Shown: positions 18,018 to 25,600, numbered from the stretch's first letter. The stretch is 32,000 bases of DNA from an uncultured Erysipelotrichaceae bacterium (GCA_942492995.1 OW818653.1:450001-482000), one strand, 5' to 3'. Numbers and translations are program-made. The notes: a model not told the origin generated them from the sequence alone.

Positions 18018-18458
18018 TTAAAGCTCAGCTCCACATTCTTTACAATATTTCGCATCTTCATCATTCAATGCTTTACACGACTGACAACGAATTTTAACAA
18101 CTTCTTTCGATTCTGATTTCAGATCAACTTCATCTAGTACATCATGTAACATTCCACCAACTTGGGTTGAATACGGTTTTAAGTCTTCACGAGCTTGTTT
18201 AGGGTCAAGAATTAAACCAGAACCAGCTTTACCTTTTAATCCAATATTGGAAATAACCTGTCCAATAATAATCAACACAAAGCCAATAAAACTATTTGCC
18301 ATTGGATTCCTTGATCCATCTATCATTCCACCTAGCATCCCAGATGGATTTATAAATGCGGTAAAGAATACGGACAAAAATAAGATGAAGCCTAAAACTG
18401 TGATTCCATTCCCAACATAGTACATAATCTTGCGTTCTTTTGAAATCTCTTTACTCAT
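18018..18458 (-). CDS. Two-TM membrane protein with a C-terminal zinc-ribbon
   Basis: 146 aa. TM helices IMYYVGNGITVLGFILFLSVFFTAFI and FIGFVLIIIGQVISNIGL. The C-terminus CQSCKALNDEDAKYCKECGAEL is a CxxC-N11-CxxC zinc_ribbon_2-type motif. Its ATG overlaps the upstream gene's stop (ATGAGTAA). Confidence 0.6.
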   Translation of the reverse strand: MSKEISKERKIMYYVGNGITVLGFILFLSVFFTAFINPSGMLGGMIDGSRNPMANSFIGFVLIIIGQVISNIGLKGKAGSGLILDPKQAREDLKPYSTQVGGMLHDVLDEVDLKSESKEVVKIRCQSCKALNDEDAKYCKECGAEL

Positions 18459-19239
18459 GTGCTTCTTCCTTTAATTTAAATTTTAGATTTACAGAGAAAT
18501 GTTCTATTTTACGACCATCACGAACAACCGTTGCCGGTGTTATATCAACTAAACGATCAAGTTTATCATTTACTTTATTCATATCTAAACGTGGAATATA
18601 ACCAATAAGCTTTTGTTTAAACATAACTTGAGTCATATTAATCCCTGATTTAGATTTTTGGCTTAACTCAAGAATACTATCATCAACTAACTTACGGATA
18701 ATTCCTTGTGAAGTCCAACTATCAATACCAATAACACGTAACTCAATAATTTCATATGGAGTAGATTGACTAAAATCTTGTGTATCTTGATTATTCGATT
18801 TTTCACTTTCATAAGCATTCAACTTTATCTCTTGTGTAATGCTTAGATTAGATATAACAGGTTTAACTTCTTCAAACAGAGTGTTCTCAGATTTTGGCTC
18901 TTGAAGTATTGGTTCATCTTGAATGATTTTAATCGCATCCAACTCACTTATCTCAATATCAAGGTCTTCTTGTGTTTCAACTGGTAAATCTTTAACTGGA
19001 TTAGATTGTGTACGATTAGATTGATCTAATTGATCAAATTCAGATTTACGATGTTTGGGTTTTAGTGCGAGTGGGAGTAAAAATAAAAAAGTTCCAAGTG
19101 TTAATAACACAAAGGATCCAGCTAGATATAAGCCAAGCATAAGTGTTTCATAAGAATCAAAATCATTGAAAACAGTATATGTTAGATAAATACCAGCAAT
19201 AAATAAGAGTAAACCAACGAGTGACGATAGAATTTTCAT
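18451..19239 (-). CDS. Two-TM membrane protein with an acidic low-complexity linker and a C-terminal HIRAN-like domain (tentative)
   Basis: 262 aa with two N-terminal TM helices and a roughly 110-aa Q/E/S/N/D-rich linker. The C-terminal roughly 95 aa (LRVIGIDSW..ILELSQKS..VMFKQKLIGYIPRLDMNKVNDKLD..ATVVRDG..FSVNLKF) follows the HIRAN pattern (VxGxxxY .. L.L.. .. A..V .. iGYiPr). The domain call is from memory only. Confidence 0.55.
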   Translation of the reverse strand: MKILSSLVGLLLFIAGIYLTYTVFNDFDSYETLMLGLYLAGSFVLLTLGTFLFLLPLALKPKHRKSEFDQLDQSNRTQSNPVKDLPVETQEDLDIEISELDAIKIIQDEPILQEPKSENTLFEEVKPVISNLSITQEIKLNAYESEKSNNQDTQDFSQSTPYEIIELRVIGIDSWTSQGIIRKLVDDSILELSQKSKSGINMTQVMFKQKLIGYIPRLDMNKVNDKLDRLVDITPATVVRDGRKIEHFSVNLKFKLKEEAHE

Positions 19240-19245
19240 AAGATT

Positions 19246-19254
19246 ATTTTAACA
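19246..19254 (-). promoter_or_regulatory. Extended -10 (TGTTAAAAT) 6 nt upstream of ATG 19239; leaderless candidate
   Basis: The minus strand reads TGTTAAAAT-AATCTT-ATG, with no SD. Confidence 0.4.
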
Positions 19255-19287
19255 CAAGCATCAAGCGATGCAAGTAAATGGAAAGTA

Positions 19288-19296
19288 TGGCATAAT
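19288..19296 (+). promoter_or_regulatory. Extended -10 (TGGCATAAT) 7 nt upstream of ATG 19304; leaderless candidate
   Basis: TGGCATAAT-ATTAAGG-ATG. The AAGG abuts the ATG, so it cannot act as an SD. Confidence 0.4.
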
Positions 19297-19303
19297 ATTA
19301 AGG

Positions 19304-20014
19304 ATGGAAGAAAATTACTACGAAAATCAGATTCGACTGATAAAAGAAAAGATTGAAAACGCAGAATGGGATGAAGCATATGCGCTAGTTTTAGAAGAAC
19401 TTAGTATGCCTTATGTACCCAAATTAGCTCATGATCAACTCAAACGCTTAGAAAGTGAAGTAAAAGCGAATTTTAAGTTAAATCAAAAAGTTAACATAAT
19501 CCAAGATGAAGAAGAATTAAAACAATTACTTAAACAAGATGAAATGGCTCAATTAAAAGCATTAGATCAAATGAGTCGATTAAACCTAAGACAATATGAT
19601 ACACTCGTTCAGGATACATTTAATCAACTAAATGATCGTTTATTTAGAAATCTTTTAATCCGTATTTGTATCGAGCAACAACTCACCGATGAATTTAGTT
19701 TTATGGATGATGGAGTTGAATATGCGTTTATTCCAGCAAGTCTTTGTTTACCGGAAGATAGTGAAGGCGTGGAAGGGGCAATCAAACTTCTTTCAGAGTG
19801 GTTAGATCAAAATCCTTCGTTATTGAATCTTTGTATCGAAAAAGTCCATTATGAAGCATTAATGGCACTTCCTGTCAGTTACAGTGAAGATGAAGCAGAC
19901 GAATTAGCGTTTACAATCTTAGAAGAAACATTCTTACAAATCTCGGATAAAACAGAATGGGAACAGTTTAAACGAGAACATAATTTAGGTAATATCGGTC
20001 TTAGCACTCATTAG
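19304..20014 (+). CDS. Helical protein of unknown function upstream of tig-lon (possibly the DUF3196 / MPN330-like family)
   Basis: 236 aa from ATG 19304 (the track ATG 19268 is the alternative). The sequence is predicted all-alpha and acidic. It occupies the position held by MPN330/MG237 upstream of tig-lon in Mycoplasma. The family assignment rests on synteny and memory, not on an alignment. Confidence 0.55.
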   Translation: MEENYYENQIRLIKEKIENAEWDEAYALVLEELSMPYVPKLAHDQLKRLESEVKANFKLNQKVNIIQDEEELKQLLKQDEMAQLKALDQMSRLNLRQYDTLVQDTFNQLNDRLFRNLLIRICIEQQLTDEFSFMDDGVEYAFIPASLCLPEDSEGVEGAIKLLSEWLDQNPSLLNLCIEKVHYEALMALPVSYSEDEADELAFTILEETFLQISDKTEWEQFKREHNLGNIGLSTH

Positions 20015-20027
20015 TTGACAGTGCTAA
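20001..20027. promoter_or_regulatory. CIRCE element (HrcA operator)
   Basis: TTAGCACTC-ATTAGTTGA-CAGTGCTAA against the consensus TTAGCACTC-N9-GAGTGCTAA is a 17/18 match with exact 9-nt spacing. It overlaps the -35 of the tig promoter and the stop codon of the upstream gene. Confidence 0.8.
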
Positions 20028-20042
20028 TAACTGTGTTATAAT
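20015..20042 (+). promoter_or_regulatory. Near-consensus sigma-A promoter for tig(-lon-engB)
   Basis: TTGACA (20015-20020), 16-nt spacer, TGtTATAAT (20034-20042), followed by SD AAGGAGG and ATG 20066. Confidence 0.75.
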
Positions 20043-20065
20043 ATACAAGCAACAAGGAGGTCCTT

Positions 20066-21340
20066 ATGAAAACTACATGGACAATGATTGAAAAAACAAA
20101 AGGTGAATTAAAAGTCGACATCGAAGGAGATGTTTGGCAAAATGCTCAGAAAAAAGCATTTAATAAATTAGCGAAAGACGTACAACTTCCTGGTTTTCGT
20201 AAAGGGAAGGCTCCTTTAGATTTAGTTAAAAAACAAATCGCTGAACAAAATATTCTTGTCGAAGCAGTTGAAGCTATCGCACAAGAAGCACTTGATTTAG
20301 GTTTAGAAGAACACAAATTAAATCCAATCACTCGTCCTGAACTTGGTATGGATGCGATTAGTGCAGAAAAAGTAAGTGTTAAATTTACATTTGAAGTACT
20401 AGGCGAAATCAAACTAGGCGAATATAAGAATTTAGGTATCACTAAGGAAGTTGCGATTGTTACTCCTGAAGAAGTTGAAGCTAAACTAGAAGGTTTACGT
20501 GCTCAATTTGCGGAATTAGTCTTAAAAGAAGAAGGAACTGTTGAACTTAAAGATACAGCTGTTATCGATTTCGAAGGCTTCAAAGATGGCGTAGCGTTCG
20601 AAGGCGGTAAAGGTGAAAATCACGCTTTAGAAATTGGTTCAAACACATTTATTCCTGGTTTTGAAGAAGCATTAATCGGTATGAAGAGCGGCGAAGAAAA
20701 GGATGTTACATTAACATTCCCAGAAAACTACCAAGCTGAGCATTTAGCTGGACAAGAAGTTGTCTTTAAGGTAAAAGTGAATGAAATCAAGTCAAAACAA
20801 TTACCTGCTTTGAATGATGAATTTGTTAAAGAAGCTGATCAAAAAGACATTGAAACATTAGATGCTTTAAAAGCTAAGTTTGAAACTGATATTCTAGCAG
20901 ACAAAGCGAAAAAGGCTGAAGATGATTACAATAATGCATTATTAACACGTGTTGTGGAAGGTTCAGAACTTGAAGTTCCTCATGTATTAATCGATGATGA
21001 AACAAATACAATGTTAGAAGACTTTGCGAATCGTCTTCAACAACAAGGTTTCTCATTGAAACAATACACTGAATTAACAGGTCAAACTGAAGATGATCTA
21101 CGTACACAAATGCATATCGACGCTGAAGGCAAAGTAAAAGTACGTTTAGTGCTTGATGCGGTTGCGAAGGCAGAAAATATTACTGTTACACATGAAGAAA
21201 TAGACAACGAATACAAGACGATAGCTGAAACCTATCAAATGGATTTAGAACGTGTTAAACAATTAGCACCAGAAGGAACAATCGCATATGATTTACGTTT
21301 ACGTAAGGCATATGACATTATTCGCGAATCCAATCAATAG
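20066..21340 (+). CDS. tig: Trigger factor (ribosome-associated PPIase chaperone)
   Basis: Ribosome-binding signature GFRKGKAP, a central FKBP domain (IDFEGFKDGVAFEGG..FIPGFEEALIGMK), 424 aa. Confidence 0.95.
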   Translation: MKTTWTMIEKTKGELKVDIEGDVWQNAQKKAFNKLAKDVQLPGFRKGKAPLDLVKKQIAEQNILVEAVEAIAQEALDLGLEEHKLNPITRPELGMDAISAEKVSVKFTFEVLGEIKLGEYKNLGITKEVAIVTPEEVEAKLEGLRAQFAELVLKEEGTVELKDTAVIDFEGFKDGVAFEGGKGENHALEIGSNTFIPGFEEALIGMKSGEEKDVTLTFPENYQAEHLAGQEVVFKVKVNEIKSKQLPALNDEFVKEADQKDIETLDALKAKFETDILADKAKKAEDDYNNALLTRVVEGSELEVPHVLIDDETNTMLEDFANRLQQQGFSLKQYTELTGQTEDDLRTQMHIDAEGKVKVRLVLDAVAKAENITVTHEEIDNEYKTIAETYQMDLERVKQLAPEGTIAYDLRLRKAYDIIRESNQ

Positions 21341-21361
21341 ATAAGACGCTAAGCGTCTTAT
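21341..21361 (+). other. 9-bp stem-loop between tig and lon (partial terminator or processing/stability element)
   Basis: ATAAGACGC-TAA-GCGTCTTAT starts immediately after the tig stop. The downstream tract TCCTTCTC is a poor T-run, so read-through into lon is likely. Confidence 0.4.
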
Positions 21362-21381
21362 TCCTTCTCAAGGAGGTTAAG

Positions 21382-23697
21382 ATGGAAAAATTAGAATTAA
21401 ACATCCCGGTTATAGCGACACGGGGCGTCCTCATCTTCCCAGGACAAGAAGTCATGATCGAAGTAGGACGAGACAAAAGTATTAATGCGGTAGAAGAAGC
21501 AATGGCGTATTTTGATGGACAAGTCTTTATTGTTAGTCAAAAAGATGTCTTAGTGGATGATCCTCATAGTCAAGATTTATATACTATGGGTACTTTATGT
21601 CGTATTAAAACAACCAAGAAAAAAGAAGGCTTCTTAAGAGTTACATTCGTAGGGGTTCAACGTGCAAGTATCATTCGCTTAAGTGAAGATGATCGTATGT
21701 TATTCGCTACAGTAAAACCAGAAGTTGATGTACATGGTGATAACCTAGAAGAAATGGCGTTGGTTCGTCAAATCGCAAAAGGCTTAGAACAAATCACAAA
21801 TATCGGACAATCATTCCCACCTGAAGTATTTAGTCAATTAACTAAAGGCGTTAGTGCGGAACAATTATCGGATCAAGTAGCTCAATACTTCCCAATGAAT
21901 TTAGATGAACGTCAAGGTTTATTGGAAGAATTAGTGTTAAACCAAAGATTGTTGTTAATTATTTCAAATCTTAAAAAAGAAAAAGAATTAACGAATATCG
22001 AACAAGGTATTAACGAAAAAGTTCGTGAACGCATCGAAGAAAATCAACGTGAATACTATTTACGTGAAAAACTACGTGCGATCAAAGAAGAATTAGGGGA
22101 TGTACCGAACTCTACGGATGATATGGAAACACTTCGTCGTTTAGTTGAAGACAATCCTTATCCTGCGAACATTAAAGCTAAAGCATTAGAAGAAATTCAA
22201 CGTTATGAAATGTTACCAAGTTCATCAGGTGAAAGTGGTGTCATTCGTACATATTTAGATTGGTTATTGAATGTGCCTTGGTGGCAAGAATCGCATGACA
22301 ATGAAGATTTAGTTGCGGTTCGTGCTGTACTTGATCACGATCATTATGGACTTGAAAAAGTTAAGGATCGTATCATGGAATACTTGGCTGTTAAAACCAT
22401 GACGAAGAGTTTAAATGCACCAATCTTGTGTTTAGTGGGTCCTCCAGGGGTTGGTAAAACATCCTTAGCGAAATCCATTGCGAACGCATTAAATCGTAAC
22501 TTTGTGAAGGCATCCTTAGGTGGTGTACGTGATGAAGCGGAAATCCGTGGACACCGTCGTACATACTTAGGTTCTCTTCCGGGTCGTGTTATTCAAGGGA
22601 TGAAGAAAGCTGGAGTTACAAACCCAGTATTCTTAATTGATGAAATTGATAAGATGGCATCTGACTATAAAGGTGATCCAAGTTCTGCGATGTTAGAGGT
22701 GTTAGATCCTGAACAAAACGCAATGTTCTCTGATCACTACTTAGAAGAACCATACGATTTAAGTAAAGTTATGTTTATTGCGACAGCGAACTATCTAGAA
22801 GATATTCCTGCAGCACTTCGTGACCGTTTAGAAATCATTCATTTATCTTCTTATACAGAAGATGAAAAAGTGAATATTGCGGTACATCATTTAATTCCTA
22901 AACAATCCGCATTGAATGGTTTAAAACCTAAACAATTCAATATCGCAGATAAAGTTGTTCTACATATTATACGTAACTTCACTCGTGAAGCAGGTGTACG
23001 TCAACTTGAAAGACATCTAGCTGCACTATGTCGTAAATCTGTTCTTGGTATCTTAAAGGATGGCAAGAAGTCGATCACAGTTACCGATAAACTAATGTTA
23101 GAGTGGCTAGGTAAAGAAATATTTGAATATGGTAAAAAAGAGAAGACAGATCAAGTAGGTGTTGTTACGGGATTAGCGTATACTTCATTTGGTGGCGATG
23201 TATTACCAGTTGAAGTCACAAGCTTTGAAGGTAAAGGCAGACTTATCGTAACAGGCCAATTAGGTGAAGTTATGAAGGAATCTACTGAAATTGCGTTGGG
23301 TTATGTTAAATCAAATGCGAAGAAGTATGGTATTGATCCTAAATTCTTTGAATCGAACGATATTCATATCCATGTTCCTGAAGGTGCAGTACCTAAAGAT
23401 GGTCCTAGTGCAGGTATTACCTTAACAACCGCTTTAGTTTCAGCGCTTACCCATATTCCTGTTTATTCTGATTTAGCAATGACAGGTGAAGTCACATTAC
23501 GTGGTAATGTTCTACCGATTGGTGGATTAAAAGAAAAATCATTGGCAGCTCATCGTGTTGGAATCACTAAGATTATCATTCCGAAGATGAATGCGAAGGA
23601 TTTAGATGAATTACCTAAGATTGTGAAGGATAATATTACGTTTGTCCCAGTCGAATCTATGGAACAAGTTCTTAAAGAAGCTTTGGTGAAAAAATGA
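21382..23697 (+). CDS. lon: ATP-dependent Lon protease (LonA type)
   Basis: LON N-domain, Walker A GPPGVGKTS, Walker B FLIDEIDK, protease Ser in PKDGPSAGIT and the Lys region. 771 aa. SD AAGGAGG. Confidence 0.97.
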   Translation: MEKLELNIPVIATRGVLIFPGQEVMIEVGRDKSINAVEEAMAYFDGQVFIVSQKDVLVDDPHSQDLYTMGTLCRIKTTKKKEGFLRVTFVGVQRASIIRLSEDDRMLFATVKPEVDVHGDNLEEMALVRQIAKGLEQITNIGQSFPPEVFSQLTKGVSAEQLSDQVAQYFPMNLDERQGLLEELVLNQRLLLIISNLKKEKELTNIEQGINEKVRERIEENQREYYLREKLRAIKEELGDVPNSTDDMETLRRLVEDNPYPANIKAKALEEIQRYEMLPSSSGESGVIRTYLDWLLNVPWWQESHDNEDLVAVRAVLDHDHYGLEKVKDRIMEYLAVKTMTKSLNAPILCLVGPPGVGKTSLAKSIANALNRNFVKASLGGVRDEAEIRGHRRTYLGSLPGRVIQGMKKAGVTNPVFLIDEIDKMASDYKGDPSSAMLEVLDPEQNAMFSDHYLEEPYDLSKVMFIATANYLEDIPAALRDRLEIIHLSSYTEDEKVNIAVHHLIPKQSALNGLKPKQFNIADKVVLHIIRNFTREAGVRQLERHLAALCRKSVLGILKDGKKSITVTDKLMLEWLGKEIFEYGKKEKTDQVGVVTGLAYTSFGGDVLPVEVTSFEGKGRLIVTGQLGEVMKESTEIALGYVKSNAKKYGIDPKFFESNDIHIHVPEGAVPKDGPSAGITLTTALVSALTHIPVYSDLAMTGEVTLRGNVLPIGGLKEKSLAAHRVGITKIIIPKMNAKDLDELPKIVKDNITFVPVESMEQVLKEALVKK

Positions 23698-24263
23698 ATT
23701 GTTTTATCCCAGCCAAATTCTTAACAACTGCGGTTGAAAAGAAACAATTTCCCGAGACCGTCCTTCCTGAATTTGTTATGTCTGGGCGTAGTAATGTCGG
23801 GAAAAGTTCACTCATCAACGCATTGACCAATCAAAAGTCACTTGCGTATGTTGGTAAACGTCCCGGTAAAACACGTTACATTAATTTCTACTTAGTAGAA
23901 GACCGTGTAATGTTAGTGGATGTGCCTGGTTATGGTTATGCGCAACGTTCACGCTTTGAGTTAAAACAATATGGCAAGATGATGGAAGATTATTTCGAAC
24001 TTCGTAAAATCAATGCGGTATTACTGGTTGTGGACTGTCGACATGGATTGACAGAAGATGATGAGGATATGCGTGAGTTTGTCGAAAGTAAGAATATTCC
24101 AATCTTGATTGTGGCAACAAAAGCGGATAAGTTAGCATACAATAAGAAATTACAGGTAAAAGCAGAGCTTAAACAAAAATATAAACATCCAGTTGTTCTA
24201 TTCTCTTCGTTAAACCGATTAGGTTTAGAAGAAGTCGATCAATGGTGTATCGATCACATGTAA
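23694..24263 (+). CDS. engB: Ribosome biogenesis GTPase EngB/YsxC
   Basis: G1 GRSNVGKSSLINAL, G3 DVPGYGY, G4 TKADK. It follows lon as in Bacillus (lonA-ysxC) and is ATGA-coupled. Confidence 0.9.
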   Translation: MNCFIPAKFLTTAVEKKQFPETVLPEFVMSGRSNVGKSSLINALTNQKSLAYVGKRPGKTRYINFYLVEDRVMLVDVPGYGYAQRSRFELKQYGKMMEDYFELRKINAVLLVVDCRHGLTEDDEDMREFVESKNIPILIVATKADKLAYNKKLQVKAELKQKYKHPVVLFSSLNRLGLEEVDQWCIDHM

Positions 24264-24287
24264 AAGGCAAGCAATTGCCTTTTTTTG
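24262..24287 (+). terminator. Intrinsic terminator after engB
   Basis: AAAAGGCAA-GCAA-TTGCCTTTT running into TTTTTTT. Confidence 0.8.
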
Positions 24288-24297
24288 ATAACATTAC

Positions 24298-24326
24298 TTG
24301 ACCTTTATAAACGAGATGATTATAGT
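24298..24326 (+). promoter_or_regulatory. Predicted sigma-A promoter for the FMN-binding lipoprotein gene
   Basis: TTGACC (24298-24303), 17-nt spacer, TATAGT (24321-24326). Confidence 0.6.
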
Positions 24327-24339
24327 GATATATGTCACA
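24324..24339. promoter_or_regulatory. Crp/Fnr-type palindrome aGTGA-N6-TCACa overlapping the -10/TSS
   Basis: AGTGA(24324-24328)-TATATG-TCACA(24335-24339) against TGTGA-N6-TCACA is a 9/10 match. It could arise by chance in AT-rich DNA. Confidence 0.3.
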
Positions 24340-24377
24340 TTTGAGTGAACATCTTAATCGAATAAGGAGGATCAAAG

Positions 24378-24722
24378 ATGAAGAAATTATTAGTCGTATT
24401 AATTATGACAATTGTACTTGTTGGTTGTGCATCTGGACCAAAAGTTTATAACAATGGTACGTTTGAAGGGACTGGCGTTGGTAAGAAAGGTGATGTAGTT
24501 GTAGCTGTTACATTTGAAAATGATAAAATTACTGCAGTAGAAGTCACATCACAAGAAGAAACACCAGATATCGCAAACATCGTTCTAGAAGAATTACCAG
24601 GTAAAATTATCGAAGCTCAATCAACTGAAGGCTTAGATACATACGCTGGTGCTACATATACCTATGACGCAATTATTGATGCGGTTAATCAAGCAATTGA
24701 ATTAGCTAAAATCACAAAATAA
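24378..24722 (+). CDS. Secreted lipoprotein consisting of a single FMN-binding (FMN_bind) domain, PplA-like
   Basis: Lipobox LVGC (Cys17). The FMN_bind pattern is GTGVGKKGDVVVAVTFENDKITAVEV..EETPDIA..QSTEGLDTYAGATYTYDAIIDAV, where DxxxGAT is the ApbE flavinylation motif. SD AAGGAGG. Confidence 0.75.
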   Translation: MKKLLVVLIMTIVLVGCASGPKVYNNGTFEGTGVGKKGDVVVAVTFENDKITAVEVTSQEETPDIANIVLEELPGKIIEAQSTEGLDTYAGATYTYDAIIDAVNQAIELAKITK

Positions 24723-24741
24723 AAACTCGTTTTCACGAGTT
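24716..24741 (-). terminator. Intrinsic terminator of the VOC/dioxygenase gene (stop codon in the loop)
   Basis: The minus strand reads AACTCGT-GAAA-ACGAGTT followed by TTTATTTT. On the plus strand the same hairpin lacks a T-run. Confidence 0.6.
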
Positions 24742-25599
24742 AATCATTAATCTAAATTGATTACCAGAAGGATCATTCACGATAAGTGATTGGTCCTTTT
24801 TTATATACGGATAGTTCAAATCATTAAGCTTAGTTTCAATATTATCTAATTGTGTCATCGTTGGAATACTCAAATTTGCGACAATCAATCCTGGCGTTGA
24901 AGAACTAGCTTGTTTAACACCTTTTCCATTCCATAGATTTATCGCAATATGATGATGATACTTACCGTATGACATAAATATCGCAGAATTAGGTATCTCA
25001 ATCACGATATCTAATCCTAATATATCGCGATAGAATTTCTTTGACTCCACAAGTTCAGACGCATGTAAATGTAAGTGTCCTACAATTGTTGTATCAGGTA
25101 ATCCATTAAATTCTAAGCCTTTAGCTTCATTTAGAACAGATTGTATATCCATTGGACCATTATCCGATAAGATATCTAGCTTATCTCCATTCCATTTCCA
25201 CGTTGAATCAGGTGTATCTGCCGCAATCTCTATGCCATTTCCATCTGGATCAGCTAAATATATCGCTTCTGATATCCCATGATTACTTGCACCTTGTAGT
25301 GGCGTTCTTAATTCGATAAAGTGTTTTAGTATTAAGCCTAAATCCTTGCGCGTAGGTAATAGATATGCGACATGATATAAACCAGCAGTTCTAGCTTCTT
25401 TTGGATGACCATTTTCTATTTGGACTAAGCGTAATAATACATTATTTGTATTTACGCCAAAATCAGCTTGTGTGTCACTTTGACTTAGTAACTTCATACC
25501 AATTGTTTGCGTATAAAAGCTAATTGATTTATTTAAATCTAATACGCGTATCTCTACTGAGGATACATGTGCGATTTCATTACTGTGATAATTTTTCAT
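24733..25599 (-). CDS. Two-domain VOC superfamily protein, CatE/MhqA-like extradiol ring-cleaving dioxygenase
   Basis: 288 aa. GLYHVAYLLPTRKDLG, SEAIYLADPDGNGIEI, TIVGHLHLHASEL and KYHHHIAINLW resemble the Bacillus CatE (YfiE)/Mhq dioxygenase paralogs. Confidence 0.8.
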   Translation of the reverse strand: MKNYHSNEIAHVSSVEIRVLDLNKSISFYTQTIGMKLLSQSDTQADFGVNTNNVLLRLVQIENGHPKEARTAGLYHVAYLLPTRKDLGLILKHFIELRTPLQGASNHGISEAIYLADPDGNGIEIAADTPDSTWKWNGDKLDILSDNGPMDIQSVLNEAKGLEFNGLPDTTIVGHLHLHASELVESKKFYRDILGLDIVIEIPNSAIFMSYGKYHHHIAINLWNGKGVKQASSSTPGLIVANLSIPTMTQLDNIETKLNDLNYPYIKKDQSLIVNDPSGNQFRLMINS

Positions 25600-25600
25600 T

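Noticed and set aside
17714-19303. A genomic island integrated at tRNA-Arg.
   Set aside because: There is no integrase, recombinase or mobility gene. I could find no direct repeat of the tRNA 3' end downstream. The insert is only about 1.5 kb with 2-3 small genes. It is better described as a short lineage-specific gap in a syntenic block.
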